This document shows positions 27,492-37,445 of a stretch of DNA of 64,000 nt, in pieces; within the stretch, counting starts at the first letter, position 1; every line of letters starts with the position of its first letter. The notes below the pieces were generated by a model. That model was not told where the DNA came from and ran no database searches. It saw only the letters and a program-made list of their open reading frames with translations. Location of the stretch: contig OZ244999.1 in the NCBI GenBank assembly GCA_965223265.1, positions 1,024,001 to 1,088,000 of the forward strand, written 5' to 3'. The stretch is from Planctomycetota bacterium. GTDB lineage: Bacteria; Planctomycetota; UBA8108; SXIK01. The translations under genes were made by a program, and so were the position numbers.

Positions 27492-30476
27492 TTACCGAAT
27501 CGTATTTCGAAGGACAGTCAGCCCGTCAGCGGTACTGACTATGACGTCTACGTCCCCGTCCCCATCAATATCCCCACTTACGATTGCGCTGTCGATTGGA
27601 GGCAAAGGCACTGCCCGCCGCTCAAAACCGACCCCGGTTCTTCCAAAAAGTATACCGCCGTCTGTCACCAGGTCTCCAATTCCGTCCTCGTCTAAGTCGC
27701 TGACAAAAGAGAGACAGGGCCCGACAAATCGACACCCTGCAGCTGCTGCAGATAAGGTCAGTTCGGGAAACTTCGTGCTCGAAAGAACAAAAGACCCCCC
27801 GAAAGTCAGCCCCACAATGTCATCCAAGCCGTCTTGGTCGATGTCAACAAATGAGAGAACAGTGACGACCTCACCAATATCCAGACGAGAGAACTGCTCA
27901 AAGCTCCCTGCCTCGTCGTTTAGCCACACAATGACCTCGTTTCCAATCGCTACTCCCAAATCCGGCCTCAAATCGCCGTCGATATCCCCAAGAGCGGCGT
28001 CGCGAAGCCTAAGGCAGGGCGCAGGGTCACACGGGTCAAAAGGAAGAAGCAACTGAATTGGCAGTTCTTCAAACGTTGCGTCTCCTAAGTTGCGTAGTAT
28101 CGTTGCGACGATGGAAGTGTTGGCTCCGTCTAATTGCACTTGACGCAACAGGTCTATGTGTCCGTCTTGGTCTATGTCTGCAAGGTCACGTGGTGGCCCA
28201 ACGATATCTGGAAGTTCAGAGAATGTGCCCTCTCCGAGGTTTATCGAAACCGTGGAGCCAATCAATTCGGGGAACTCGTCTCCGTTTAGGTCAGCGGCAA
28301 ATGAGGCGCTTATGCCTGGCAGCTCCAAATCAGAAGCTAACTCTCCTTCGGTGTTTACGATTATTGTCACGCCCGCGTCAGTTGTGACTGCAAGGTCTAA
28401 ATCCCCGTCTAGTTCGATATCCAACGTGACTATGTGGCGAGCGCCGCCACCAAACGCATAGTGCCTCTCCTCGTGAAGAGTGCCGTCACCGGCGTTCCGG
28501 GCGACTCGGACGCCGAAACCAGCTGACGCAATATCCAAGTCCCCGTCCCCGTCGAAATCTGCGACTGAAGTAGCCTGAGCCCCCGCCGGTCCGTCAATGC
28601 CGAAATACTGCTTAGGCTCAGGAAACATTCCGCTTCCATCATTTAGGAGCACAAAGAAATCTGCGGCGTTGAAAACAATGTCTAAAGCGCTATCTGCGTT
28701 GAGGTCGCCCGTAGCGTAGTTGCTGCCTCTGTCAATATATATGTCGTCCGTACTTAGCGTCACGACCTCATTAAACACTCCTTCTCCAGCATTATTCACA
28801 CGTAGCTGCCCTGAAACAGTAGTTAGAACTACGTCGCGAGCTTCATCTCCGGTGAAGTCAGCCACTGACATCTTTGAACGTGCGCGAGACGTACCGAAAC
28901 ACGAAACCCCGTCGTCAACCGGGAAAGAAAGGGGGGGGAAGAAGCCTACCTCACCTCGTCCTTCCACGACCCAGAGAGTCGTCTCATCTTCGCCTTGAAG
29001 AACAACGATATCTGGTACGTTGTCTCCCGTGACATCCACCACGTCAAACTCCCCTATTCCAGGGCAACTCCCGCCGGATGTCGGCGACTGGAAGAGGTCT
29101 ATGGTCTCATTTAGCGCGTAGTTTCCTTCGCTGTCATTTAGGTATACAAGCGCTTGAGCTCTGAATTCCCCATCCACAAAGATGGATGTTGAGGCCACAA
29201 GGTCACTGTCGCCATCGCTATCAAGGTCTGATGCAACAACTTCGGATTCAAGGCCCAAGGTTCGGTCCACTGGTCGCGGGCCTTCGCCAAGAGTGCCATC
29301 TCCCATGTTAAAGAACGCATGAACTCCGTTGCCACTAGCGAGTATCACGTCGGGAGAAGAATCCCCGTTTACGTCCGCTAACGTCATACCGGTGACCGAC
29401 GTCGCTAGCGTTGGGGACGAAACTATGTCGCCAAACCCGGACGCTCCACTCGAGGCCAAGACATGCAATGTGCCGTCGCGGTCAATCACGACTAAATCAG
29501 TCAGCCCATCGGCGTTCATGTCGGCCGCCTCGATGTCTTGGACTCTGACCTGGTCCAGATACAGCTCGGCTCCTAGTGCAAACGCTCGGTCAATATCGAC
29601 CACCTCCTGTAGCGACAGCACGCCGACGTCGAGTATTCCCGCTTCTCCCAATAGAAGTCTTCTCTGCGCCTGGTATCTCGTCCCGTCGAGCTCATAGGTC
29701 ACTACGACATTTATCTCCACACCTTCACCGACAGGTACCTCCAAGAACGCGGAAAAGAAACCGTCCTGGTCGCTTTGCGGCTCCCCGGTTCCAAAGGAAA
29801 CGACGACTGTAGCACCTGCGATTGGAGTGCCGTCTGGAAGTTCGACGAAACCTTCGATGGTAACCCTGCGCGTAGCGGGAACGACCGTAAAGAGTCTCAC
29901 GGTTGTAGCCCCTGAATTAAACGCTGTAACGAACGCCACTCCTTTCTGATTCCCGGTAATGCGCCCAGTCTCTTGGTCCACACTCAGTATCGAAGAATTG
30001 CTCGAGCGTAGCAGGGTGTGGTTTATCGTCCCGGTAAGGTCCCTGTGTTCAAGCTTCCCATTACTCAAAAATGTGCCTATGGCCTGTGTGTCAGCCGTCT
30101 CACCTACTTCGAGGGTGAATAACCCGGAAGGCGTCACCAACTCAAGGTGCTCTGGTTCCTGAGGTGGAGTATTAGAAGGAAATACCCCCGGAGCAAGAAC
30201 CGCTTCGCCTTGTCGAATGCGAAAGAAATCGCTAAATGCGTATCGCGTAATGCCACCTTCGGTAGTAACTCCTACGACCTGGACGAAGTTATCAGCTTGG
30301 AAATCAGCGTCCAAGTCAGCCGCTGACACGTTCGGGACGTAGAAGCTCCCATCCGCGTTTGCCTGAACGGATTGCCCGTTTACCGTGAGGGTCCAGGTGG
30401 AGTCGAGTTGAGCGAAGGCTGTTTCAACTAAAAAACACAGAGACAGGCCCAGCCAAACAAAACGTCTACTTAACAC
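27492..30476 (-). CDS. Secreted FG-GAP/VCBS repeat protein with Ig-like domains
   Basis: Signal peptide; many D.(N/D).DG..D(L/I)V repeats. Confidence 0.9.
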   Translation of the reverse strand: MLSRRFVWLGLSLCFLVETAFAQLDSTWTLTVNGQSVQANADGSFYVPNVSAADLDADFQADNFVQVVGVTTEGGITRYAFSDFFRIRQGEAVLAPGVFPSNTPPQEPEHLELVTPSGLFTLEVGETADTQAIGTFLSNGKLEHRDLTGTINHTLLRSSNSSILSVDQETGRITGNQKGVAFVTAFNSGATTVRLFTVVPATRRVTIEGFVELPDGTPIAGATVVVSFGTGEPQSDQDGFFSAFLEVPVGEGVEINVVVTYELDGTRYQAQRRLLLGEAGILDVGVLSLQEVVDIDRAFALGAELYLDQVRVQDIEAADMNADGLTDLVVIDRDGTLHVLASSGASGFGDIVSSPTLATSVTGMTLADVNGDSSPDVILASGNGVHAFFNMGDGTLGEGPRPVDRTLGLESEVVASDLDSDGDSDLVASTSIFVDGEFRAQALVYLNDSEGNYALNETIDLFQSPTSGGSCPGIGEFDVVDVTGDNVPDIVVLQGEDETTLWVVEGRGEVGFFPPLSFPVDDGVSCFGTSRARSKMSVADFTGDEARDVVLTTVSGQLRVNNAGEGVFNEVVTLSTDDIYIDRGSNYATGDLNADSALDIVFNAADFFVLLNDGSGMFPEPKQYFGIDGPAGAQATSVADFDGDGDLDIASAGFGVRVARNAGDGTLHEERHYAFGGGARHIVTLDIELDGDLDLAVTTDAGVTIIVNTEGELASDLELPGISASFAADLNGDEFPELIGSTVSINLGEGTFSELPDIVGPPRDLADIDQDGHIDLLRQVQLDGANTSIVATILRNLGDATFEELPIQLLLPFDPCDPAPCLRLRDAALGDIDGDLRPDLGVAIGNEVIVWLNDEAGSFEQFSRLDIGEVVTVLSFVDIDQDGLDDIVGLTFGGSFVLSSTKFPELTLSAAAAGCRFVGPCLSFVSDLDEDGIGDLVTDGGILFGRTGVGFERRAVPLPPIDSAIVSGDIDGDGDVDVIVSTADGLTVLRNTIR

Positions 30477-30501
30477 GGTGGCTCTCCTCCGAAAGAGGAA
30501 T

Positions 30502-31668
30502 TCAGCGCGAACCCCAGCTTCCCTGAATTCGTATTCGCGATTGGGGCGACACTATCTGTTCCCACTGTTCGAACAGCTCTTTCCATTTCCATCCAACGAA
30601 TTTTTGGTCGTCTGGAATAATGGTAAAGGTGGGATGTTCAGGATTGCGTGTCGCCCGTTCCAGAAAGAAGCTTGTTTGCTGCTCTTGGATTAACCATATC
30701 TCTGATGTGTTGACCACGTATCTTTGTACACGAAATATACGCTGCCCATCGGTTGTTCGAATCTTATTTCGAATTCGGTCTGCATCCTCTTTTGGAAAAA
30801 GAGTCTCCAATGGAACACCGAATCCCGAGAGTGCGGACGCCAATTGGACGAGTAGTGGTAACTCAGACCGATTGTTGTACACGCCTGCCCCTCCGCTATT
30901 AAGAGAAACTCTATATCCTTGGCCTTCAACACCTAAGTGAAAGGCAAGCCGCACTACAATCTCGGAGCTTCTTTCTTTCGGTGGTGGAGGTGGATAAGCC
31001 GTTGTCTTCGGTTTTAAGGTCTGCTCCTCTTGTTCGACCTCTACTTTCCAACCCTCTCCATTTGCGGCTGAATAGTGTTCGGGCCACTGTATCCCCAGTG
31101 GCACTGTAAACGGCAACGTTCTCGAGTCCTGAGACGGATTAGCTTGAGCCGTTGCGGCCAATGTCGCAATTGCGTTTGCATCCGGCGGGCTCGCAAGTTT
31201 CCAGTCGCCGTTCGTCTGCTTCTTAAGTGTCCACAGATTCCTGAGCTCTACCTTACCATTGCTCTTATTGTAGTGAGAAACATCAATGGTTTTGGTCGTG
31301 TCGTCCAGAGTGACTACTCGGTTTACTTCGAAGTAGCAGTCTCTGAACCAACTCTTACGCGTAGCCATGAGAATCGCCTGGTTTTTCCCCTGGGACTCTC
31401 GCGTCCTTTGCGCGAGGTTCTCGGTCATGAACTCGAAAGCAGGGCCTCGACCGCTAGCCACCACCGCGAAGGCCTTCTTGATAACCGTAAGCTCTTTGCT
31501 CAGGCGCTTGGTTGTGTCGAGGCGTACAGGAGGGTCAAGAATTTGTTCTGAGTAAGAGAAGGCGCGTTCGAGTAGCACCGTGCGCCTACTCCATTCGGCT
31601 GCTATCGTGTTCGAAGCAACTACGGACATAAAAATAAGTAGACTAGAAGAGAAGCGTATCAGTTGCAT
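30502..31668 (-). CDS. Hypothetical secreted protein
   Basis: 388 aa with an N-terminal signal-like sequence; overlaps the upstream stop codon. Confidence 0.7.
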   Translation of the reverse strand: MQLIRFSSSLLIFMSVVASNTIAAEWSRRTVLLERAFSYSEQILDPPVRLDTTKRLSKELTVIKKAFAVVASGRGPAFEFMTENLAQRTRESQGKNQAILMATRKSWFRDCYFEVNRVVTLDDTTKTIDVSHYNKSNGKVELRNLWTLKKQTNGDWKLASPPDANAIATLAATAQANPSQDSRTLPFTVPLGIQWPEHYSAANGEGWKVEVEQEEQTLKPKTTAYPPPPPKERSSEIVVRLAFHLGVEGQGYRVSLNSGGAGVYNNRSELPLLVQLASALSGFGVPLETLFPKEDADRIRNKIRTTDGQRIFRVQRYVVNTSEIWLIQEQQTSFFLERATRNPEHPTFTIIPDDQKFVGWKWKELFEQWEQIVSPQSRIRIQGSWGSR

Positions 31669-34600
31669 GGCGGCACCAGTAGTGTCTCTCGTGGAAGCCC
31701 CACACCGTCATAAACAATGCCGTCCACGAACGATTTTAACAGAACCGGACCAACGTCTGTTTCGACTGTTATAGGTTCTGCGCCATCCCCAACGGAGAGT
31801 CCTAGGTCAGTCAGAACAAGGTCGATTGGAAATGTCAGGTCGAAGCCTCTTAAACCCCCAGTACGTTCTACTTCCATCAAGAACGACCAGACAACGTTCG
31901 GCGTGTCAATGGCCGGAACGCTTACTACTTCTCCGTCTACACTGAATGAAACCGTCGCCTTTCCGCTCAACACCAATGTGGCGTTCGTATTGTTGAGTAT
32001 CGGATTCGGGAGCAGTTCGTTGCAACAGTCTCGTGTGGCGCCGAAACACACTGTGCCAGGGGTGAACTCGCCGCACGTTCCCTGGTGGATTTCTGGTGTG
32101 AGTTCTAAACCAACACTAAACCGTTCGCCGATGTCCACAGACAACAATTGCTCGGCGCCTGTGACGACAACGCTTTCGATTACTCTAAACGACCGGCCCC
32201 ACACTATGTCATTAATGCCATCCAGGACTACATCGCGCCGAATGTCCGATTGACACGGGTCGGCGTCGTCACAGCACTTTTGTTTAAAACCTCCCAGCGC
32301 CACCTCTCTCCGATGCTCCATAGAGAAAGGTAATTCTAGCAATCCAAGCCCATGAACCCGTAACCAGGGACCTGCGGCTCTGCTCCAAGGCTCTGTTACT
32401 CCGTCCTCACAAGGCGGCCCAGGTTGCCCTTCGCAGCAATCTGGTATCTCTAGATGTCGCCAGCGCCCGTTTAGGCACACGTCTTGGGTGCACTCCTCGT
32501 TATCGTCAGCCGCTGGGTCGTCTGGGTCGCACCCTCCACACTGCTCGCCGCCCAGTTGCCCTCCCTGCCCGTCTCCCTCCGGGCCGGAGCAACAATCCCC
32601 AGTCACCGCGTACGGCGGGCAATTGCACCCCCAGCCAGAAAGCGTAAGTCCGCTCCCTGGGTCACTTACCATCTTCGAGCCGTCTTCTGTTACGTGCCCA
32701 GTGGCCACGATATCGAACTGGCCCGTGTCGTGGTTAAACGAAAGAAAGTATCCCGCGGCGCCAGGCGGAAGAGCTGACATGTTCGGATATTCAATGGCTA
32801 CAGGCCTCTCTTGGTCAAAGACCATACCTCCAGGCTGAAACGTCCAGGCAAAAGGCGGTGCAGCGCCGTCTGGCATGGGCATGGGAATGTCGTCGTGGTG
32901 CACTTGGCTTAGCGAAAGCTCAACGGGCGTCGCGAGCGGTCGCTCCGGCGTTGGTGTTCGGTTGTCTGCTGGTACCACGCCTTCCTCTACCAAAGACAGA
33001 GGAAACGTGACTGACCCAGCAAGCACTGTCATTTTCAACCCGTCAAGCTCTGGAACAGTAAGCTCCACGGTCTTTGAGCCGTCGTAAAGCACCCTATTTG
33101 CAAAAGGGAGTTTCGGCAGCAGAATTGGAGAAGGAAGCGAGTTGTCGACCCCTTGAGTGAGGACGATTTCGTCGTAGTGAAGTTCAGGGTAATCACAGTC
33201 GCCCCCGCAATCGGCCGTGCGTCCGTCAACGTGAAGCGTAGCAAATCCTGGCCGAATGCTTGAAGGAACGTCTGGGTCAAAGTCTGTGTCAGGAAGTGAG
33301 AATTGCCCAGTTGCGCTTGTAAGGGTACTAAAGGCCTCTTCGCCCGCGGTAAGAGTTACGTGAGCCCCGGCAATCGCGTTTCGAGTGTTGTCAAGGACAA
33401 CGCCAGAAAAACGTGTCGTGGTCTCGTCGTCGCGTGTTGCGGCAAAGACCGTAAACCTCGCTGGTCCCCAGAGGTTCTGCGGAAAGTCAGCAATGACCAC
33501 GTGGTTTCCCGACTCAGGTCCAGGCACAAACGAGACCTCCGCATGTCCTGTTTGACTCGTCCGAACGGTAAAAAACTCTTCGCTGTTTACTTTGCCGCCA
33601 CCCTGTGCGACTGCGAATGTAACTGGCACACCTTCAATACCGTTACACCCATCGTTTATCCATACGCGTAGCGGCTCTGGAAGGGGAGTTTCAGTCGCTC
33701 CGCGCTGACTTCCGCCAGAGCCTATGTTGATTTTCGTTGCTCGACCAGGAAGAGCTGAGGCGCAGAACGAGACACCGCCTTCAACATCTGCGCTAGTCAC
33801 AGAGACACGATTGTTTCCGCAACCTGCATCTGCTCCAAGCCTAAGATAGGCGCTGGCAATTCCATTCTCGTCTGCTCTTGCCTGTAGGGTCATCAGTCCG
33901 TCTTCTCGTAGCACACCTGGCGACAGTGCCAGCCGCGCGTCGCTTCGGGTGACGCGAAACGTGACAAGCTTACGTGCAAAAGGTGAGCCATCTCGTCTAA
34001 GCACGCGAACTACTAACGGTTCTGGAAGCTCCTGGTAGACTGTTCCCTCTTGCGCGTTCCCTGAGACGAGCTCCATCCTGTAGCAATCAGTGCACGGCTC
34101 GACGCGTTGTACGACAATCTGCCTTGCGGCGCTGTTTCCGACAGCGTCGACAGCCTCGACGGTTATCGTATTCTCGCCAAGTTCAAGCGGAATGCCGCTT
34201 CTCTCAAATGTACCGTTCGTCCCGATTCCGACTACGACGTTTGCTGCTACGCCGTCCACCGTAACCGAGAGCCCCATGAATCCACTTAGCACGTCTGACA
34301 CGCGGCCCGCAACCGTGATAGTGGCTGCCGTTACCTCCGCCTGCTCTCCCGGCTCGTCAATGTGGAGACCTGGTGCGGTGGCGTCATGAATCACAGACAG
34401 GGCTCTTGGCGCCGTGCGTCCGTTTTCGGATATCGCTGTAACAAAAAGACGGTTTACGCGGTTCTCGTGTAGGTCAACGGGTGTAGAGAATATGCCGCGC
34501 TCGTCAGCCACCGCTTGCGCAAGAACTCTTCCGCCTTCAACCTCAATCGCCACTCCTGAGTCTGCGGTCCCAGAGAGAAGGATAGAGCTCTCGCTTGTAG

Positions 34601-34991
34601 GCGAGCTCACAGCGTCGAGTACCGGAATGCCTGAAGCTGGAACTTGAGGGCATGCGCTAAACTCGTCGCAGCCAAAGGCGTCAGGAGTGGGGTCCTCTCC
34701 GCATTCTTCTGTGCCTGGAAACGGCATTTCCAGCGTCCCAGCAAAAAGGACAATCAACGTGTGCACAGGGTCTGAAATGTCGAGCTCGCCGTCGTCGTTT
34801 GAATCGGAAGCGTCTACGCAGGCAAGGGACATCGGGTCATGTAGGAAGAGAAACCCAAGCGTGTGAACGGGGTCGGAAATGTCAACCGCACCGTCTCCGT
34901 TCGATTCTCCTCGAATGAAGCGCTCTGCTGCGTCGGTCGGACCCGACAGAAACACGACCAACAGTGTGAAACAACCCGCACGTCCTGTCAC
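31659..34991 (-). CDS. Large secreted protein: dockerin-like N-terminus, Ig-like domains, Cys-rich C-terminal region
   Basis: FIRGESNGDGAVDISDPV..L.FLF and DSNDDGELDISDPV; beta-rich repeats (LELGENTITVEAVDAVGN); GWGCNCPP followed by a Cys-rich tail. Confidence 0.85.
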   Translation of the reverse strand: MTGRAGCFTLLVVFLSGPTDAAERFIRGESNGDGAVDISDPVHTLGFLFLHDPMSLACVDASDSNDDGELDISDPVHTLIVLFAGTLEMPFPGTEECGEDPTPDAFGCDEFSACPQVPASGIPVLDAVSSPTSESSILLSGTADSGVAIEVEGGRVLAQAVADERGIFSTPVDLHENRVNRLFVTAISENGRTAPRALSVIHDATAPGLHIDEPGEQAEVTAATITVAGRVSDVLSGFMGLSVTVDGVAANVVVGIGTNGTFERSGIPLELGENTITVEAVDAVGNSAARQIVVQRVEPCTDCYRMELVSGNAQEGTVYQELPEPLVVRVLRRDGSPFARKLVTFRVTRSDARLALSPGVLREDGLMTLQARADENGIASAYLRLGADAGCGNNRVSVTSADVEGGVSFCASALPGRATKINIGSGGSQRGATETPLPEPLRVWINDGCNGIEGVPVTFAVAQGGGKVNSEEFFTVRTSQTGHAEVSFVPGPESGNHVVIADFPQNLWGPARFTVFAATRDDETTTRFSGVVLDNTRNAIAGAHVTLTAGEEAFSTLTSATGQFSLPDTDFDPDVPSSIRPGFATLHVDGRTADCGGDCDYPELHYDEIVLTQGVDNSLPSPILLPKLPFANRVLYDGSKTVELTVPELDGLKMTVLAGSVTFPLSLVEEGVVPADNRTPTPERPLATPVELSLSQVHHDDIPMPMPDGAAPPFAWTFQPGGMVFDQERPVAIEYPNMSALPPGAAGYFLSFNHDTGQFDIVATGHVTEDGSKMVSDPGSGLTLSGWGCNCPPYAVTGDCCSGPEGDGQGGQLGGEQCGGCDPDDPAADDNEECTQDVCLNGRWRHLEIPDCCEGQPGPPCEDGVTEPWSRAAGPWLRVHGLGLLELPFSMEHRREVALGGFKQKCCDDADPCQSDIRRDVVLDGINDIVWGRSFRVIESVVVTGAEQLLSVDIGERFSVGLELTPEIHQGTCGEFTPGTVCFGATRDCCNELLPNPILNNTNATLVLSGKATVSFSVDGEVVSVPAIDTPNVVWSFLMEVERTGGLRGFDLTFPIDLVLTDLGLSVGDGAEPITVETDVGPVLLKSFVDGIVYDGVGLPRETLLVPPCN

Positions 34992-35252
34992 TCTAACCCT
35001 CCTCCAAATCCTCCTTATGCTTTCGGCGTCGTGCTCTGAAGGGACGAACCTCAGAGCCGAATTCTACGATTTGGACGGAGCCGAAAGCAACGCGAAGGCA
35101 GCTACCACGGCCACTCGGACGAATTCTTTGTCATGCTCGTCTTCCCTCTCAGTAGAAACTTCAGCGTCGGTGTCGTGTCGTCGCTCCTCAACTGCTTTGG
35201 CGACTTCGACTTCCGGCTGACCGTAGACGATAACGCCAGGTGTCGCCTTGTG

Positions 35253-36428
35253 CTACTCCGTGTCGGTCCCGCCAAGCGCGGCCGGAAGCAGCTCGCTAAC
35301 AAGAGTGGCGACATCGGCAAATGCAGGGTTCCTTCGGTCGACAATCCAGAAACAATCGGACGCCTGAAAAGGGGTCCCGTCTCTTAACTTCCCCTGAACT
35401 GCCACCATGACTTCGTCTCCGTCGTTTGCGGAACCCAGCAAGAAAAACAACAGACGGTTGTCGAACTTCATGACCAAGTCACCTTCGCCGTCAGGAAACC
35501 CGCCGTCACATTCACATGCGACCGCGGACTCAGGCGCACCCGACACATCTTCGAACGAAATACTTAGCGGGGGAATTCGTGCACCATTTGGGGTAACCAT
35601 TTCAAGGGAATCTGTATCAACAGCCTGTACGTTAGTTTCCGGCGTACCTACTAGCGCTACCGTAGTAACCCCATGTGCGCCCCGATTCTCACGTACTGAG
35701 TTTTCACTCAACAGGAACGGATTTGGACACGACCCAGGCTTGATATCCAAACGGAAGTCAACGAATGGGAAGACTTCACCATCTGAACCCAGTGGCTCAA
35801 GGTCCAACAGCTCGACTTCGAATGCTTCTTCTGGCTCAGCAACGGCAGTCGCTGCTTCGTCAGTCGTAATTGCCATCGGGCATGGGTTCACAATTCCCCA
35901 TACGATGAACGTTTCCTGGTCATTCTCAGGGACCGTGACTGTCTTACCGAGCCCAGGAAGAAGGTAAAAGTCCTTGTCGAGCTTCGGGTCACCTGTTCGG
36001 TTTGGCGTGTTTCCAATGCAAAAAGCACGTTGGTCAACGGCGGGGTCATTGCAGACGTTGAGCCCAGTAAACTCGAGATTGAGAACGACGGACCCAATAT
36101 TGCTGTCCAGAAAGGTGCTTCCGTTAAAGACCGAGAGGAAACCGACCTCTGTTATCGCGCCAACCGGTACCTCAGTTGGAAGCCCGAGCCTCTCGCGTGC
36201 AATGAAGGAAGCACCGCTCGGTTGCGAACCAGGCGCGCCTTCGCCCCACAGAATCGCTGTTCCCAAGTCTTTGAAAAAGGAGGCCCACCGAGAACTACAG
36301 CCAGTCGCGCACCGTACTCGTATACACGGTCGGTCCCAAGAGCTCTGGACTTTCAAATCCGCTGTCTGGCTTAGCGCATAGTCGGTCACACAAAGTACCG
36401 CTATGATTGCACAACTTCGAATTGTCAT
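35253..36428 (-). CDS. Secreted protein (choice-of-anchor K-like N-terminal domain; DIKPGSCPN C-terminal domain)
   Basis: Signal peptide; WGEG...SGASF, NTPN; LDIKPGSCPNP...DGEGDLVMKFD. Confidence 0.7.
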   Translation of the reverse strand: MTIRSCAIIAVLCVTDYALSQTADLKVQSSWDRPCIRVRCATGCSSRWASFFKDLGTAILWGEGAPGSQPSGASFIARERLGLPTEVPVGAITEVGFLSVFNGSTFLDSNIGSVVLNLEFTGLNVCNDPAVDQRAFCIGNTPNRTGDPKLDKDFYLLPGLGKTVTVPENDQETFIVWGIVNPCPMAITTDEAATAVAEPEEAFEVELLDLEPLGSDGEVFPFVDFRLDIKPGSCPNPFLLSENSVRENRGAHGVTTVALVGTPETNVQAVDTDSLEMVTPNGARIPPLSISFEDVSGAPESAVACECDGGFPDGEGDLVMKFDNRLLFFLLGSANDGDEVMVAVQGKLRDGTPFQASDCFWIVDRRNPAFADVATLVSELLPAALGGTDTE

Positions 36429-36714
36429 CTCGTCTCTCCTAGTCAGGATTTACCTCAGTTCTCGAGTCACCATTGATTGAAAGCGTGTCAAGTGTGTTAT
36501 GCTTGAGATAGTGACTTGCGTCTCCTCCACCGAGAAGCCGCTGGTGAAAAACCCCTCCGGCGCTTGCTCCGCGAAGACGGAGGTGTCGGGACTCCCCCGT
36601 GATATTTCCTCTTTCGCACTGTCCTGGTTTCTAAGGGAGTGAGCGTGCTTGTGCTTGTAGACAGCTCGACGGTTTGGACAGAGCACGACCATGCTCCACC
36701 CTCCCATTAGGACC

Positions 36715-36740
36715 AGACGGAAACTGACTGACCTTGTAAC
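36715..36740 (-). promoter_or_regulatory. Possible ECF-type promoter for the secreted-protein operon
   Basis: Minus strand reads GTTACA-N15-CGTCT, downstream of the ECF gene and upstream of 36428. Confidence 0.35.
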
Positions 36741-36822
36741 TGAGAAAACTCGCGCCGCCGTAAGCTGCTACATTACTGCTTCTTAGGCGGGGCGGACTTT
36801 CCGTCGGGAGGGGCGCTCGAGC

Positions 36823-37434
36823 TCAATCGGACGATTCCCGGTCAAGCCACTCGCGAAGACGCTTCACTGCCCTCGACACTGCCATTCTCGCGTTCACCTC
36901 ACGCTCAAAGCCCATCGCGTCTGCAATCTCTTCGTACGAGTAGCCACAGAGGTGCCGCAGGATGATGGCCTCTCGGTGGTGCTTTGGCATCTTGAGCAGC
37001 GCCGCTTCAACTCTCTCCTCAAGCTCCCGCGCGCGAGCAAGCCAGCTTGGTGTCGGCATTCGAGAGTCGATGATGGAAGAGAGCATCACGTCCTCAGTTC
37101 GCAGCGCTACCTCCGTTTCGCCTCTACGCTTCTTCGCGTGCTCTGCGCGGTACGTGTCAACGAGCTCGCTTTCCACGCAGCGAGCAAGCCAGTTTTGAAA
37201 CATCGCTGGAGACTGTTCTTTAAATCCGGATAGTCCCCGAAACGCTCGAAGCATCGCACCTTGTACAAGGTCGTCCCGGTCGTAGAGCGAACGAAGCCGA
37301 GTGCCGATTCGAAGCGAGACGATGCGCCTCACGCGCGGAAGGCAGCGCTCAAAGAGAGCGTCAAGCGCCTTGCGGTCGCCGTCTTGGGACGCGACGAGAA
37401 GGCGCATGGTTGAAGAAAGAAAGGGCGAGTTCAT
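36823..37434 (-). CDS. ECF RNA polymerase sigma factor
   Basis: GDRKALDALF, DDLVQ, FQNWL, HREAIILRHLCGYSYEEIADAMG. Confidence 0.92.
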   Translation of the reverse strand: MNSPFLSSTMRLLVASQDGDRKALDALFERCLPRVRRIVSLRIGTRLRSLYDRDDLVQGAMLRAFRGLSGFKEQSPAMFQNWLARCVESELVDTYRAEHAKKRRGETEVALRTEDVMLSSIIDSRMPTPSWLARARELEERVEAALLKMPKHHREAIILRHLCGYSYEEIADAMGFEREVNARMAVSRAVKRLREWLDRESSD

Positions 37435-37445
37435 TGTGACTGGGG

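Noticed and set aside
26944-28056. 370 aa plus-strand ORF
   Set aside because: Antisense shadow across the ATPase and FG-GAP genes.
35065-35135. RBS plus broken signal-peptide-like ORF (MTK..FVRVAVVAAFALLSAPS)
   Set aside because: Too short and out of frame; at most a gene remnant.
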